From positions 96,001 through 160,000 of the IMG/VR virus record IMGVR_UViG_3300035182_000466: a stretch of 64,000 bases of DNA, one strand, 5' to 3'. This document shows, piece after piece, positions 38,046 through 48,473 of the stretch (positions are counted from its first letter, which is position 1; each line of letters begins with the position of its first letter). The notes beneath the pieces are model-generated. The model was not told the DNA's origin, searched no databases, and saw nothing but the letters and a program-made list of their open reading frames with translations. The DNA is from a virus. The position numbers and the translations under genes are program-made.

Positions 38046-38225
38046 CTAGTCTACCTTGTCCATAGGTATCTGTATATTATTTGTAAGTATTCTCGGCCTA
38101 TTTGCACACATCCTAAACAAGCGCAAGGACCCAACTCTCATCCACACCAGTGAGACTCCATTTTTTTTTCAGGGATAGTTTCCATAAATTTCATCAATAA
38201 GAGCATCTGATTTTACATTACTCAT
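38046..38225 (-). pseudogene. disrupted small Cys-rich gene
   Basis: MSNVKSDALIDE then frameshift into FMETIPE..HWCG*ELGPCACLGCVQIG with in-frame TGA. Confidence 0.35.
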
Positions 38226-38455
38226 AAAGCTCTCCAATTATGCAGCACTTCATCTACTCCATATGGTATAAAAGTCTCATTCTGTCCGATGTATACTTCT
38301 TCACAATTCTCACATTGGTATGCTGACCCGTCATAAGATAGAAGTTTAGTAAAACCTATGTATCCACATTCTGCACAACAGTAAGTACATCCATTTATCC
38401 AAACACTACCTTTTTCATTAGTGGAAATTAAACCTTTACTCATTGTTGCCCCCAT
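38222..38455 (-). CDS. zinc-ribbon protein
   Basis: CAECG..YQCENC. Confidence 0.55.
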   Translation of the reverse strand: MGATMSKGLISTNEKGSVWINGCTYCCAECGYIGFTKLLSYDGSAYQCENCEEVYIGQNETFIPYGVDEVLHNWRAL

Positions 38456-39083
38456 TTAGTTTATTCAATACATTCTGTAGAGAATACTGCATAGAAGGCA
38501 TCAAGGCATTCATGTTATTTAACTGATTTGCCATTCCATTCATATTAGCAATAAAATAAGATACTAAGGCATGTTGAGCCATTTCAGGGAAGGCTCTAAC
38601 TACTTCTTGCAGTGCAGTATTCTTTATTTCTTCCATTTGAGGATCTTCTTTTACAAAGGTAGAAACGTGAGTATTGAATACCTTTCGAGCTTCCTCTATT
38701 ACTATCTGTACCATCATATCTCTAGTAGACGTAAAATTTTGTACCATATATTTTTGGAACTCAGCGCTAAACATTATTTCTTCATCTGTGGCGATTCCTT
38801 TTTCAATCTTACTTTTTAAGGTCCAGTCGAGATTAAAACTCTTAAACTTTTCAGGTACACTCGGACTCCAATAATCATTACCGCAGGGTTTTGTCCAAGT
38901 CTTTTTAATATCCATAATTTCTTGCTGAATCCAATTAGCTTTTTCAAAATCAATAGGATCAGCAAACCATTGTTTCATCATTGACATTGCAAGTTCTGAT
39001 CTTTGTTCAGTAGTAAGATTTTTAAAAATATCTAGAACTGTATCGCCCATTTGTGATGCGTCTATGTTTAGTGTTACTTGCAT
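38436..39083 (-). CDS. hypothetical protein
   Basis: 215-aa ORF with RBS aaggag. Confidence 0.6.
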   Translation of the reverse strand: MQVTLNIDASQMGDTVLDIFKNLTTEQRSELAMSMMKQWFADPIDFEKANWIQQEIMDIKKTWTKPCGNDYWSPSVPEKFKSFNLDWTLKSKIEKGIATDEEIMFSAEFQKYMVQNFTSTRDMMVQIVIEEARKVFNTHVSTFVKEDPQMEEIKNTALQEVVRAFPEMAQHALVSYFIANMNGMANQLNNMNALMPSMQYSLQNVLNKLNGGNNE

Positions 39084-39327
39084 ATTGTTTCTCCTTTATT
39101 GTGTTTTTAGCTTCTTCATAAGTCATTGTAAACTGATAGTATGGTTTAATACCTGCGTCTAATTTACCAATAATAATATCTAAAATGTTTTTTATTTTAG
39201 CTTTTTCTTCTTCAATATAAAATATTTCTAGTTCTTCCCGTGTACAATTTTCAATAATAAAAGAATTAGTATTTGAACTAAATACAGCGTATTTACCATT
39301 AGGCTGTTTAATTATCTGTCTTGACAT
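39022..39327 (-). CDS. hypothetical phage protein
   Basis: IIKQPNGKYAVFSS N-terminus. Confidence 0.55.
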   Translation of the reverse strand: MSRQIIKQPNGKYAVFSSNTNSFIIENCTREELEIFYIEEEKAKIKNILDIIIGKLDAGIKPYYQFTMTYEEAKNTIKEKQYASNTKHRRITNGRYSSRYF

Positions 39328-39817
39328 TTTGAGTCCTTACAATCTCAAGATCAACATTAGTGCTTGAACAGGATAAGGTAACTACTCCAGAAGCACATTC
39401 AATACAGAATGATATAAGCACTTCCGTAATAGGCATAAAGGTAAGAATATCATAATGTTTATCCAGTTTTCTATTATGTATTGATATGCCATTAGCTATT
39501 AAATATTTATGATCTAAGGGTGTTGTAAGATAGTCACCATAAAAGCATTTATTGAATGTAATCTCATATTTTTTATTTTTTGCTTCTACTATAATGGTAT
39601 AATCTACTGAATCCTTTATTTCACTTAGCTTGAGCTTTGTCTTTTTAAGTTCAGAGACAGTATCCATAAATTCTTTACATGACTTTATGGTATGTTCAAT
39701 ATTAAGCCATTGTAAATTATGAGCTTGCTTCTTTTGTTTAGATTCAAGCCTCTTTACTTTGGCTTTAAAAGATTTAATAAGTTTATTAGACTCAGTAATT
39801 ATTAGTTTAATTTTCAT
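39308..39817 (-). CDS. hypothetical protein
   Basis: ORF overlapping neighbours. Confidence 0.5.
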   Translation of the reverse strand: MKIKLIITESNKLIKSFKAKVKRLESKQKKQAHNLQWLNIEHTIKSCKEFMDTVSELKKTKLKLSEIKDSVDYTIIVEAKNKKYEITFNKCFYGDYLTTPLDHKYLIANGISIHNRKLDKHYDILTFMPITEVLISFCIECASGVVTLSCSSTNVDLEIVRTQNVKTDN

Positions 39818-40422
39818 CCTAGATCCTTATTTTCCTTTACTATAGAAAATTCTTTACCACACTCAGGGCACGTAACTTGATAATATTTTATTAGTCCTTC
39901 TTCTCTACATATTCGCTTACCATCAGCTTGTTCCCATATTACTTCAATTCTTTCTTTAGGTTTCTTATTCATTTGACAAGCACAATATGGACTTTTTTCT
40001 GTAGCTTTATATTTTCTTTTCTTTGTCTGTTGTGTACCAAATATACCACCAAGGTCTTTTTCAAGTAAGTATATTGCTCTAAATCTATCCATTTCTTTTA
40101 TCAATGGAGCATCATTATCTTTTCCTTTGTTGCATGTTCTACAAGCGAGTACCATATTTGATTCCAAAGGGTTATTAAACATTTTTGGATAAAAATGATC
40201 CCTTGTCCAACCATCCAAATACTTTTTAGAGTAAGGTGCAGGAGACATAGGATTAAAACAATAAAAACAGCAGCCATTTTGACGTACATACAATTCCCTT
40301 TCTGACAAAACGATATTTTTACCATTCAAAATATCCTCATGTCTTTTGTGTTGTCTTTTTAGTGTTTTATTTTTTGTTTTAGACATAAGTATAGGGATTC
40401 CATTTTTAAGTTCTTTACACAT
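39814..40422 (-). CDS. HNH endonuclease-domain protein
   Basis: CFYC..TRDHFYPK..NMVLACRTCNKGK. Confidence 0.8.
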   Translation of the reverse strand: MCKELKNGIPILMSKTKNKTLKRQHKRHEDILNGKNIVLSERELYVRQNGCCFYCFNPMSPAPYSKKYLDGWTRDHFYPKMFNNPLESNMVLACRTCNKGKDNDAPLIKEMDRFRAIYLLEKDLGGIFGTQQTKKRKYKATEKSPYCACQMNKKPKERIEVIWEQADGKRICREEGLIKYYQVTCPECGKEFSIVKENKDLG

Positions 40423-40451
40423 AACTTATTTAATCCTCCTTAACAAGAAAT

Positions 40452-40480
40452 AGGGTAGCCAGCACTTGGCTAACTACCCT
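40452..40480 (-). terminator. intrinsic terminator
   Basis: agggtag...ctaccct stem with inner ccag/ttgg pairing; T-rich run downstream on - strand. Confidence 0.55.
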
Positions 40481-40487
40481 TTTATGA

Positions 40488-41042
40488 TTATTCAAATCTA
40501 AGTTTATGCTGAATAGCACCATAACCAAGTTCATCTCGTAAGTGATCTGGATTATCAGGACTATACTTATCACGAATAAGCTTAACAGCTTTCATGGTCT
40601 TTAATACTTTCTCTGTAGACATACGTCCATCTGTCATCTCATCCTTAGTGAAGGTTAAATTACACAACAAGGCAATTTCAGTAAAGGACTCTGCTATATC
40701 TCCATATTTAGCTTGACGACTTTCAACAATATCATTAGCTTCAAGAAGAACTGATTTAATATTAGCTTTTGTTTCGTTACTAGATTTAGGCTGATACACA
40801 AAAAGTAAGATACTCTTAGTAGAAGCCTTAGGCATAGCAGAAAGTATAATGTGTTCTTTACCTATACAATTTTTTGGGACAATTTCTCCATCACATAATA
40901 CCATATAATTCTCTAAAGGTTCAGCCAAACACGTATAAGGAATAATAACTTTTTCTTTTACTACTTTCAAGGATACTACACAAACCTCATAATTTACATC
41001 TACAATTTGTGCTCGCATGTTTAAGTCCTTTCTATATTTCAA
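40488..41042 (-). CDS. phage protein with C-terminal DUF6378-like domain
   Basis: LLEANDIVESRQAKYGD..F.EIA...K..R...D..GY. Confidence 0.6.
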   Translation of the reverse strand: MKYRKDLNMRAQIVDVNYEVCVVSLKVVKEKVIIPYTCLAEPLENYMVLCDGEIVPKNCIGKEHIILSAMPKASTKSILLFVYQPKSSNETKANIKSVLLEANDIVESRQAKYGDIAESFTEIALLCNLTFTKDEMTDGRMSTEKVLKTMKAVKLIRDKYSPDNPDHLRDELGYGAIQHKLRFE

Positions 41043-41493
41043 AATATTCTGAAATCATTGCTAAAGTAATGCTACCAAAAATTGCATCTTTTGCTCTTAC
41101 TTGTGGTGGTAGCTTTGAATACTCTAGCAAGTAAGGATGTGTCTTTAAATCCTCATCTTTAACTTCACCATAACTCCATCCTTCTGACATTCTTTGTTTC
41201 ATCCATTGATTATGATTTTCTTCATCTGAAATATTTGGATTACTAAGTCTTGCTATAACACCTTGTCTCATTGAATTTAATACTTCTGGATTGGCATTTT
41301 CATACTCAGGAAAAGAAAAGTCACCGATAACATAACTATACTGCTTATTAGCGTAATAACAGACTTTTACTATCTGATCAATCAGACTATTTAAGAAATC
41401 AGAGTTTAAAGCTAAAGCTATTCCTTCTCTTTGTTGTTGTTGACTTTCACTCATGTAAGTTCTCCTTTTTTTAATTATAACCCAAGCATCCAC
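41032..41493 (-). CDS. RyR-domain protein
   Basis: HNQWM..R..EGWSYG.VKD...KTHP.L..Y..LP...AKD. Confidence 0.85.
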   Translation of the reverse strand: MDAWVIIKKRRTYMSESQQQQREGIALALNSDFLNSLIDQIVKVCYYANKQYSYVIGDFSFPEYENANPEVLNSMRQGVIARLSNPNISDEENHNQWMKQRMSEGWSYGEVKDEDLKTHPYLLEYSKLPPQVRAKDAIFGSITLAMISEYFEI

Positions 41494-41495
41494 TG

Positions 41496-42230
41496 TTATT
41501 TTTGAGCTAGTGATAAATAATTAGTTATAACTTTAACAACATCTAAGTATACTTCCCGTAGCGGTTTGTTAGCATCTATGTGGACTAAATTCTTTACATA
41601 AAAATTGGGTCGTAATTGTGAATATTCTTTATTCACAGTTTTATGAAATTCTAGGGTTTCATTATCTAGTCGTACTTGCTGATTATTTTGGTCTACATTT
41701 CTCTTAGTAGAACGACTTAAACCTGTTTCCGTGTCTACATCAAATACTAATACTAAACCTGGATGATATGCTACTTTATCCACCGAAATAGCTTTAGTAT
41801 TTAGATCATCAAAATCACGCTCATTGACACATTTACGGGTACGGCATTGATAGATATAGGTACTATGATAATACCTATCACATAGTACAAGTTTATTATC
41901 CTTCAAAGCAGGTATAACTGTATCTACTAAATGTTGCTGACGTGCTGCACAAAACAAAAAGAACTCAGTTACTCCATTCATTGTAATATTATCACGATGA
42001 AGAATAACATTCCTAATCTGTTCTGCTATTTGACAACCACCAGGTTCACGAGTCAGTATAGTACCTTTAGCATCTGTAAGGTATGCTTTTAAAAATTCAT
42101 TTTCTTCCTTGCATGTTTCCCTATTATAGATATCTCTACACTCAATCTCTCTTATAAGTGCATCTACTTTTTTAATAATAGTAGTCTTACCACTCCCTTC
42201 TCCACCTTCAAATGTAATAAAGTTTTTCAT
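41496..42230 (-). CDS. tmk: thymidylate kinase
   Basis: FEGGEGSGKTT, TREPGG, LCDRY. Confidence 0.93.
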   Translation of the reverse strand: MKNFITFEGGEGSGKTTIIKKVDALIREIECRDIYNRETCKEENEFLKAYLTDAKGTILTREPGGCQIAEQIRNVILHRDNITMNGVTEFFLFCAARQQHLVDTVIPALKDNKLVLCDRYYHSTYIYQCRTRKCVNERDFDDLNTKAISVDKVAYHPGLVLVFDVDTETGLSRSTKRNVDQNNQQVRLDNETLEFHKTVNKEYSQLRPNFYVKNLVHIDANKPLREVYLDVVKVITNYLSLAQK

Positions 42231-42328
42231 TACAATCTATCCTCCACAAGTTTTCTTCCAACATTATTAATTTCACAGGCTTTTACACTTGTTATGTCTA
42301 ATTACTTGGCGTTCATAAATTTCTCCTT

Positions 42329-42745
42329 TTAGTAATGAGGCTTTACTGCATCTAGTAATCTCTTAACAACATCTTGCGAGGTATGTCCATCCCATTCAGG
42401 AGCATTTTCTAGTTCTTTAATACCTGCAACTTTTAGATACTCGATATACATATTTTTAAAATGGTATGTAATCATTCCAGTAGGTAATTGAATACCTGCA
42501 ATAACATAACCTTCAAACATTGTTCCATCATAATGTAAACGACTCCACCAGCTAATTTTAGTATTACAACTCATTAATGCTATAAAGAGTGCAATACGGT
42601 GTTTGTACAATTCATCAATGGTATGGTATCCATCACTAATTTGCTGAATATCATGGATAAGAAGTTCACCACAATTCTGACAATATACTTGATCTTGATA
42701 AATATCTACTTTAAACACTTGCTTTTTCTCCACTAGCTTGTTCAT
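42329..42745 (-). CDS. WDGH-domain phage protein
   Basis: SDGYHT..ELY.HR..LF, ITYH, EWDGHT. Confidence 0.75.
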   Translation of the reverse strand: MNKLVEKKQVFKVDIYQDQVYCQNCGELLIHDIQQISDGYHTIDELYKHRIALFIALMSCNTKISWWSRLHYDGTMFEGYVIAGIQLPTGMITYHFKNMYIEYLKVAGIKELENAPEWDGHTSQDVVKRLLDAVKPHY

Positions 42746-43106
42746 CTTTTTCTAATATTAGTTTATATCCCTGAGATTGTGCCCATAAACTGAATCCAGT
42801 AAAAATAACACTTCTAATAAAGTCCTTATTATCCTGTAGATTAAAAGGAGGACTATCATAGACTAAACTATCTACATTCCCATCATGGTCTTGAAAAGTT
42901 ATACTAAATTTACAAGAAGTCAAATCCTGTCGTTTATGGTATTCTTTAGTAATAAGAAACAAATTTTTCTTATTGCGCTTATTTAATAAACGATATAGTT
43001 TCCTGCACGTATTAATTAAGCTCATAATTATTAGTTCTATAGTTCTACTTTTATTTATATTTGGTAAGTCTTCTTCTATCTGATCTAGTTCTTTAACTTT
43101 ATACAT
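42711..43106 (-). CDS. hypothetical protein
   Basis: ORF in packed operon. Confidence 0.5.
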   Translation of the reverse strand: MYKVKELDQIEEDLPNINKSRTIELIIMSLINTCRKLYRLLNKRNKKNLFLITKEYHKRQDLTSCKFSITFQDHDGNVDSLVYDSPPFNLQDNKDFIRSVIFTGFSLWAQSQGYKLILEKDEQASGEKASV

Positions 43107-43348
43107 TAAGGTTTACCCTTCCTTGAAAAGTGTTCACATCCTATACTATGCTCTCCTGTAAGCATACACTCGCCTTTGTTATCTTTATCTGCTATACAAA
43201 CATAAATCCCAGTATGTTTACTAATACTTTGTTTATTAAACCACGGATGTCCCATTAATCTTTTTCTATTGATGCATACACAACAACATTGGTGTGCTTT
43301 AGATTCAAGATAACATTTATTATGTGGTAGATACTCTAACCTAAGCAT
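43106..43348 (-). CDS. small Cys-rich protein
   Basis: CCCVC..C..C..CEHF. Confidence 0.5.
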   Translation of the reverse strand: MLRLEYLPHNKCYLESKAHQCCCVCINRKRLMGHPWFNKQSISKHTGIYVCIADKDNKGECMLTGEHSIGCEHFSRKGKP

Positions 43349-43357
43349 ACATACTCC

Positions 43358-44353
43358 CTATTTATATTTTCCTGATTTAACTGCAAGATAAGTATCTTCA
43401 ACAAAGCCATTCCATATATCTTTATTTGGCTCTTCTGGAAGTCCACTATTATCTTTTAATTCTAGTACTTCTTGAATCAACTCTTCTAGTTTTGTTTCAA
43501 GTTCAGAATAATCTAATATACCTAATTTAATTTGAATTAGCTCTTGTGCTTCTTTTAATGGAAATGTAATAGTGCCTTTAGTAAATAGCTCTCGTACTTG
43601 GTAGGCTGCTCTAAAGGCATGACTGATTGCTTTCCAATCAATATTAGCGTTATCCTTTGCCTGTCTGGCTCTTACTCCATATTCTGAATCATATTTAACC
43701 AGTGGTGCTAGTATAAAATTAAGCGGCGTAGTAACAGTAAATGTTTTTTCACATATTTTTACACTTGGAATTATTTGTAGATCAGGATGTGCAGTGCTAG
43801 AGTCTGGTGCTTCCAACCATTTAATATAATCTCCTTTAGGAAAGGTATCTAAATCAGCATCCCTTAATTTAGTACGTGGACCATATTTTGATATTTGCTG
43901 CTCCATCCACTGTATTACTTCTTGAACATTAGCTAGTCTACTTCCTTTTAGGCCATACTTTGCTGCTTGCCTACGAGCATACCCAATAAAGGAATGAAGA
44001 TTTTTAGAATAAAAGGATGAACGATTGCTATAGATATAATACCAAAGTAGATGATGTAACATCCAAAATTCTTTTGGTGCATGTAGCATGTCTAAGGCTA
44101 CCGTTTGACCTTCTAACGCAAGTTCAATAAAGTATTTTAAACTATAGATTTCAGTATCAACATCTTCACTAGTATTTTTATTATTATTTTTACCAGTTGA
44201 ATGTCGATAGATTATCTTCATCTTTTTTCCTGTTTTTTCCTCATGTAATATCTGGTCAATAGTGGGAAGTCCAATACCTTTAAGATCAAGATCACTTTTA
44301 TCTGTATTAGTACCGTATAAATGTGATCCAAATATTGTTTTAAAGATTTCCAT
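43358..44353 (-). CDS. nucleotidyltransferase (Pol-beta superfamily, T4 NrdC.11-like)
   Basis: FGSHLYGT...SDLDLKG, GYARRQAAKYG.KGSR, DWKAISHA. Confidence 0.85.
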   Translation of the reverse strand: MEIFKTIFGSHLYGTNTDKSDLDLKGIGLPTIDQILHEEKTGKKMKIIYRHSTGKNNNKNTSEDVDTEIYSLKYFIELALEGQTVALDMLHAPKEFWMLHHLLWYYIYSNRSSFYSKNLHSFIGYARRQAAKYGLKGSRLANVQEVIQWMEQQISKYGPRTKLRDADLDTFPKGDYIKWLEAPDSSTAHPDLQIIPSVKICEKTFTVTTPLNFILAPLVKYDSEYGVRARQAKDNANIDWKAISHAFRAAYQVRELFTKGTITFPLKEAQELIQIKLGILDYSELETKLEELIQEVLELKDNSGLPEEPNKDIWNGFVEDTYLAVKSGKYK

Positions 44354-44873
44354 ATTCGCTATATATCCCTTCTTGCTTACGACTAATCATTTCCATTAGA
44401 TCATCAAAAAGAATCGGCATGTACTCATGAAACTCACAGTTGATATTAAAGTAATTAACATCATGGATAAACAGCAAAGGTTCATTCCTATGAATATGAC
44501 CATGTATATTTACATGATCTAAGTATCTATGTTTTAGTTGAGAAGGATGTATAGGTATATGAGTAAGAACCAACTTGTTAGCATAAGTAAGAAGACTGGA
44601 AATTTTATTAAAAAAGTTTTGATACCTGGATACAGAAGTATGTTCATGATTACCTAAAACTAAATGTTTTATACCATTTAATTCAGACAAAATATTAAGA
44701 TTATTTGTTTGAAAACAAACGTCTCCAGTAATTATTACTTTATCTTTATCTCGTACTCTTGAGTTCCAGTTATCTATAATAAATTCATCATGCTCATCTA
44801 AAGATGAAAATCCTCTCCACTCTGCACAATTTTTGTGTTGTAAATGAAGATCAGAAATAAAAAATGTACGCAT
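44340..44873 (-). CDS. calcineurin-like metallophosphoesterase
   Basis: SDLH, GD, GNHE, THIP, HGHIH. Confidence 0.9.
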   Translation of the reverse strand: MRTFFISDLHLQHKNCAEWRGFSSLDEHDEFIIDNWNSRVRDKDKVIITGDVCFQTNNLNILSELNGIKHLVLGNHEHTSVSRYQNFFNKISSLLTYANKLVLTHIPIHPSQLKHRYLDHVNIHGHIHRNEPLLFIHDVNYFNINCEFHEYMPILFDDLMEMISRKQEGIYSEYGNL

Positions 44874-44890
44874 ATATTCCTCTTGAAATT

Positions 44891-44916
44891 AAGAGAGGTG
44901 TATATACACCTCTCTT
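44891..44916 (-). terminator. terminator-like palindrome after nrdJ
   Basis: perfect palindrome aagagaggtgtatatacacctctctt. Confidence 0.7.
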
Positions 44917-44927
44917 CTTAATTACTA

Positions 44928-47900
44928 TCAGGCACATTCAGAATATCCACATACGTGGCATATATTACATCCACCTTCATGCTCTACAATTCCACCGCAC
45001 TCAGGACAGGCACCACGTTCAATAGTAGCTTTGTGAACTTTGTCAATATGTCCTACCTCAAGTAGATGCAGTTGAATAGCCTTAGCAACTGCATCGGAAC
45101 AGGATAGAATACGATTATCGCCAAATCCACTAGGGATGTGACAAGATATACCAAGTAATTGTTTAACTACTTGTTTGGCTTGCACACCTGTTCGCCAGTT
45201 AAGACTAATCATGCGTCCCAAGGCTTCAGCTTGAGAAGCTGCACATCCTCCAGCCTTACCCATAGTAGTAAACAGTTCAAAAAGCCCATCTTTATCTTCA
45301 TTTATTGTAACATAAAGTGGACCGCAGCCTGTTTGCATTTGGTAAGTAGCACCTTTTAGAGCTTTAGGCCGTTCTTTTACTCCGCTATCTACTTTTTCTT
45401 CTGGTGTATTTTCTACTTTAGTTATAGTAGATAATACTTGTTCATCTCTTGATCCATCACGATAAATCGTAACTCCTTTACAGCCTGTTTTATACGCCAG
45501 CATGTATACTTCTTCTACATCTTTAATAGTGGCACTATTACAGAAGTTTACTGTTTTAGAAACAGCATTATCAGTGTACATCTGAAAAGCTGCTTGCATA
45601 CGCACATGATACTCAGGGCTAATATCATGAGATGTTACAAATACTTTACGAACATCTTCTGGAATTTCAAGAATGTTCTGAATAGTACCATGTTCTGCAA
45701 TTTTTTCCATTAGCTGTGGTGAATAGAATCCACGTGACTTAGCTATATATTCAAACATAGGATTTACTTCAATTAGACGGGTTCCATCCATTACTGTTTT
45801 TACATAAGATACTGCAAATAATGGCTCAATACCTGATGATGCATTTGCTATCATGGATATTGTTCCAGTGGGAGCAATAGTTGTAACAGTAGCATTTCTC
45901 ATGTTCTTGTCAAAGATAGAACCTTTAATGTTAGGGAATGATCCACGTATTTTTGCTAGTTCTAATGATTTTAAAATAGCGTGATCTTGAATAAACCGCA
46001 TCACATCTTTTGCGAGATTTATAGCTTCTTCAGAGTTGTATGGGATACCTAACAAGATAAGCATGTCTGCCCATCCCATTACACCTAAGCCAATTTTTCT
46101 ATTTGCTTTAGTCATTTCATCAATTTGCTTTAAAGGATACTTATTTACTTCAATAACGTTATCTAAAAATTCTACAGATAAATTTACTATTTCTTTTAAT
46201 CCTTCATAATCAATAGTAGAATTTACTACAAATTTGGATAGATTAATAGAACCTAAGTTACAACTTTCATAAGGTAGCAACGGCTGCTCACCGCACTGTC
46301 CAGTCATAATGCCATTAAAGATACCTGTATGCTTTTTAGGCTCAGTAAAGCAATAAACTGTATTTTCTTTTTTATTTCTTTTTATAATGCTTGTAATAGT
46401 TATAAACCTAGAGGCATCCCTATTAGGCTCTTTATCTTCAATTTTGACCCGATTAAGCTTGAGTCCCAAATCTAACAATTTAAAAGTATTAAACTTGTTA
46501 ATAGCAAGTCTATAACAATCTTGTACGTTATATTTTTTAGGCTCTCCATTAGTATCTGGTAGATAAGAAATACCTGCTTCTTTTCCAAGACTTAGCGTTG
46601 AGAAACAACCTAAAGTAGAAAGCATCAACTTTACGTCAGACAAAAATGCCCTATCTACTGACCAAATAGTAAGCCCATTCTCATTCTGATAGGAGCCATC
46701 ACTATCAACTAACCCAGCAAACCAACTAAGACGAGTATCAACTGTATATTTACTTGATGGAACCCAACATTTATCTCGTACAGAGAATGCCGTTTCTACC
46801 ATAAGTCTATTCTGGCGGTCATTACTACAGTCGATACATTTTTTTATTAGAAGCTTGTCTTTAAGTTTAATCTTGTCTTCATATAACCAAATATCATTAT
46901 GACCTTTACTTCCATCTCCACTATAAAAACCTTGAGTATAGGCTTTCTTAGATTTTATTTGCTTAATACCCTTAATGATGGGAAAACTCCACTTTTGAAG
47001 TTTTGCACCTTCTTCTAATTCTTGAGCTTCACGTTTAGACCCATCAGCTAATACAAATTTATGCTTTGGGGTACAAGATAAACAGGAGCCATCTGAAAAT
47101 TGAATTTTAAGAATATTTTGGTTATATCCTGTAATCTCAGGTATAGTCGTAGACCATTCTTCTCCATTCCAGATCTTTGTTTTCTTGCCTACTCTGGAAG
47201 CAATTTTCTTATAGCCCTTCTTGGTAAGAATAAGAGTGTCACCTGTAACACATGGATTTGTAGACTCAATCTCACCAATATGTGGAGTAGGATTATCTTT
47301 ATTTATTCTATCTAAAAATACTATTCCAGGTTCACCGTTTCTCCATGCTTGTTTCACAATAAGGTCAAATACTTCTTTTGCATTGAGTACTCCTACTTCT
47401 TTTTTATCTCTCGGATTATATAGTTTATACGTTTTATTAGTCTCTACAGCTTCCATAAATTTTTCTGTTATCCCAATAGAGATATTAAAGTTATTTAAAA
47501 CCTTCATATCATCTTTACATTTAATGAAACTCATAATATCGGGATGATCTACTCTAAGTATACCCATATTAGCACCACGTCTTGTGCCACCCTGTTTGAT
47601 ACATTCAGTAGCCTTATCAAAAACACTCATAAAAGATATAGGCCCACTCGACACACCACTTGTAGTTTTTACTAAGTCATTAGCTGGGCGTAGACGAGAA
47701 AATGAAAATCCTGTCCCTCCTCCACTCTTATGGATCATAGCCGTATGTTTAATAGTTTCAAATATCTCTTCAATAGAATCACCTACAGGTAGAACAAAGC
47801 AAGCGCTTAACTGGCCCAATTCACGCCCTGCATTCATTAATGTCGGGCTATTAGGCAAAAATTTTAAAGAAGTCATCATATTATAAAATGCATTTGTTTT

Positions 47901-48056
47901 CGCCGTAATTTCTTTTTTAGGACTAACACTAGCAATTGTTGAAGCTACTCTACTAAACATATCTTCAGGTTTTTCAATTACTTTACCTGTCGCATCTTTA
48001 ATAAGATAGCGTTTCTCAAGTACAGTCCTAGCATTTTGTGTAAGTTCCAGTTTCAT
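44928..48056 (-). CDS. nrdJ: class II (B12-dependent) ribonucleotide reductase, intein-containing
   Basis: [23 protein letters not shown][intein]CGEQPL, TIAPTG, YRDGSR; C-terminal TSCPD-like domain and Zn ribbon. Confidence 0.93.
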   Translation of the reverse strand: MKLELTQNARTVLEKRYLIKDATGKVIEKPEDMFSRVASTIASVSPKKEITAKTNAFYNMMTSLKFLPNSPTLMNAGRELGQLSACFVLPVGDSIEEIFETIKHTAMIHKSGGGTGFSFSRLRPANDLVKTTSGVSSGPISFMSVFDKATECIKQGGTRRGANMGILRVDHPDIMSFIKCKDDMKVLNNFNISIGITEKFMEAVETNKTYKLYNPRDKKEVGVLNAKEVFDLIVKQAWRNGEPGIVFLDRINKDNPTPHIGEIESTNPCVTGDTLILTKKGYKKIASRVGKKTKIWNGEEWSTTIPEITGYNQNILKIQFSDGSCLSCTPKHKFVLADGSKREAQELEEGAKLQKWSFPIIKGIKQIKSKKAYTQGFYSGDGSKGHNDIWLYEDKIKLKDKLLIKKCIDCSNDRQNRLMVETAFSVRDKCWVPSSKYTVDTRLSWFAGLVDSDGSYQNENGLTIWSVDRAFLSDVKLMLSTLGCFSTLSLGKEAGISYLPDTNGEPKKYNVQDCYRLAINKFNTFKLLDLGLKLNRVKIEDKEPNRDASRFITITSIIKRNKKENTVYCFTEPKKHTGIFNGIMTGQCGEQPLLPYESCNLGSINLSKFVVNSTIDYEGLKEIVNLSVEFLDNVIEVNKYPLKQIDEMTKANRKIGLGVMGWADMLILLGIPYNSEEAINLAKDVMRFIQDHAILKSLELAKIRGSFPNIKGSIFDKNMRNATVTTIAPTGTISMIANASSGIEPLFAVSYVKTVMDGTRLIEVNPMFEYIAKSRGFYSPQLMEKIAEHGTIQNILEIPEDVRKVFVTSHDISPEYHVRMQAAFQMYTDNAVSKTVNFCNSATIKDVEEVYMLAYKTGCKGVTIYRDGSRDEQVLSTITKVENTPEEKVDSGVKERPKALKGATYQMQTGCGPLYVTINEDKDGLFELFTTMGKAGGCAASQAEALGRMISLNWRTGVQAKQVVKQLLGISCHIPSGFGDNRILSCSDAVAKAIQLHLLEVGHIDKVHKATIERGACPECGGIVEHEGGCNICHVCGYSECA
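46296..47252 (-). mobile_element. intein (319 aa) with LAGLIDADG homing endonuclease
   Basis: starts CVTGDT after NP, ends [16 protein letters not shown] before CGEQ; motifs GFYSGDGS and AGLVDSDGS. Confidence 0.9.
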
Positions 48057-48091
48057 TTACATCTCCCTTTGGTAGTAGTGTTAGAAGCTTT

Positions 48092-48328
48092 TTACTTCAA
48101 GTAAGTTTTTACATGTTCTTTTTGTTTTCCAACATTTTTAATATCTCTATGAGTTAATCCTGCTTTAGCTAAAGCAAAACGTATATCAGTTCCACAGTCA
48201 ATAAGTAAATTAAACTCAGGACGTACTTCATCCAGAAGAAGCATATTAGTCTGGTAGCCTTTCATGGTAAAAGCACTACCCGTTCCTAAAAACTTAATAT
48301 ACTTTGTATTAAAGTTATCTGCTTTCAT
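48092..48328 (-). pseudogene. truncated metallo-beta-lactamase/RNase Z-like gene
   Basis: FLGTGSAF..LLIDCG..DI..V then stops before the HxHxDH motif. Confidence 0.6.
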
Positions 48329-48352
48329 TTTAACTCTTTCTTTATCTATGAA

Positions 48353-48464
48353 GTGGAGTACTTAACCAAACATTTGATTTAACCTCAACTCTAGGTTACT
48401 CTAAGCTTTTCTCTTGTTCAGTAGAATAACCTGGAGTCAATAATCGAATGTAGTTTACCTCCAT
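48353..48464 (+). ncRNA. candidate structured RNA (three nested stems)
   Basis: gtggag/ctccat, acatttgatt/aatcgaatgt, actctaggtta/taacctggagt; intergenic. Confidence 0.3.
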
Positions 48465-48473
48465 GTAGTACTA

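Noticed and set aside
45159-47886. + strand ORFs inside nrdJ (and similar antisense ORFs inside structural genes)
   Set aside because: Shadow frames of well-supported opposite-strand genes.
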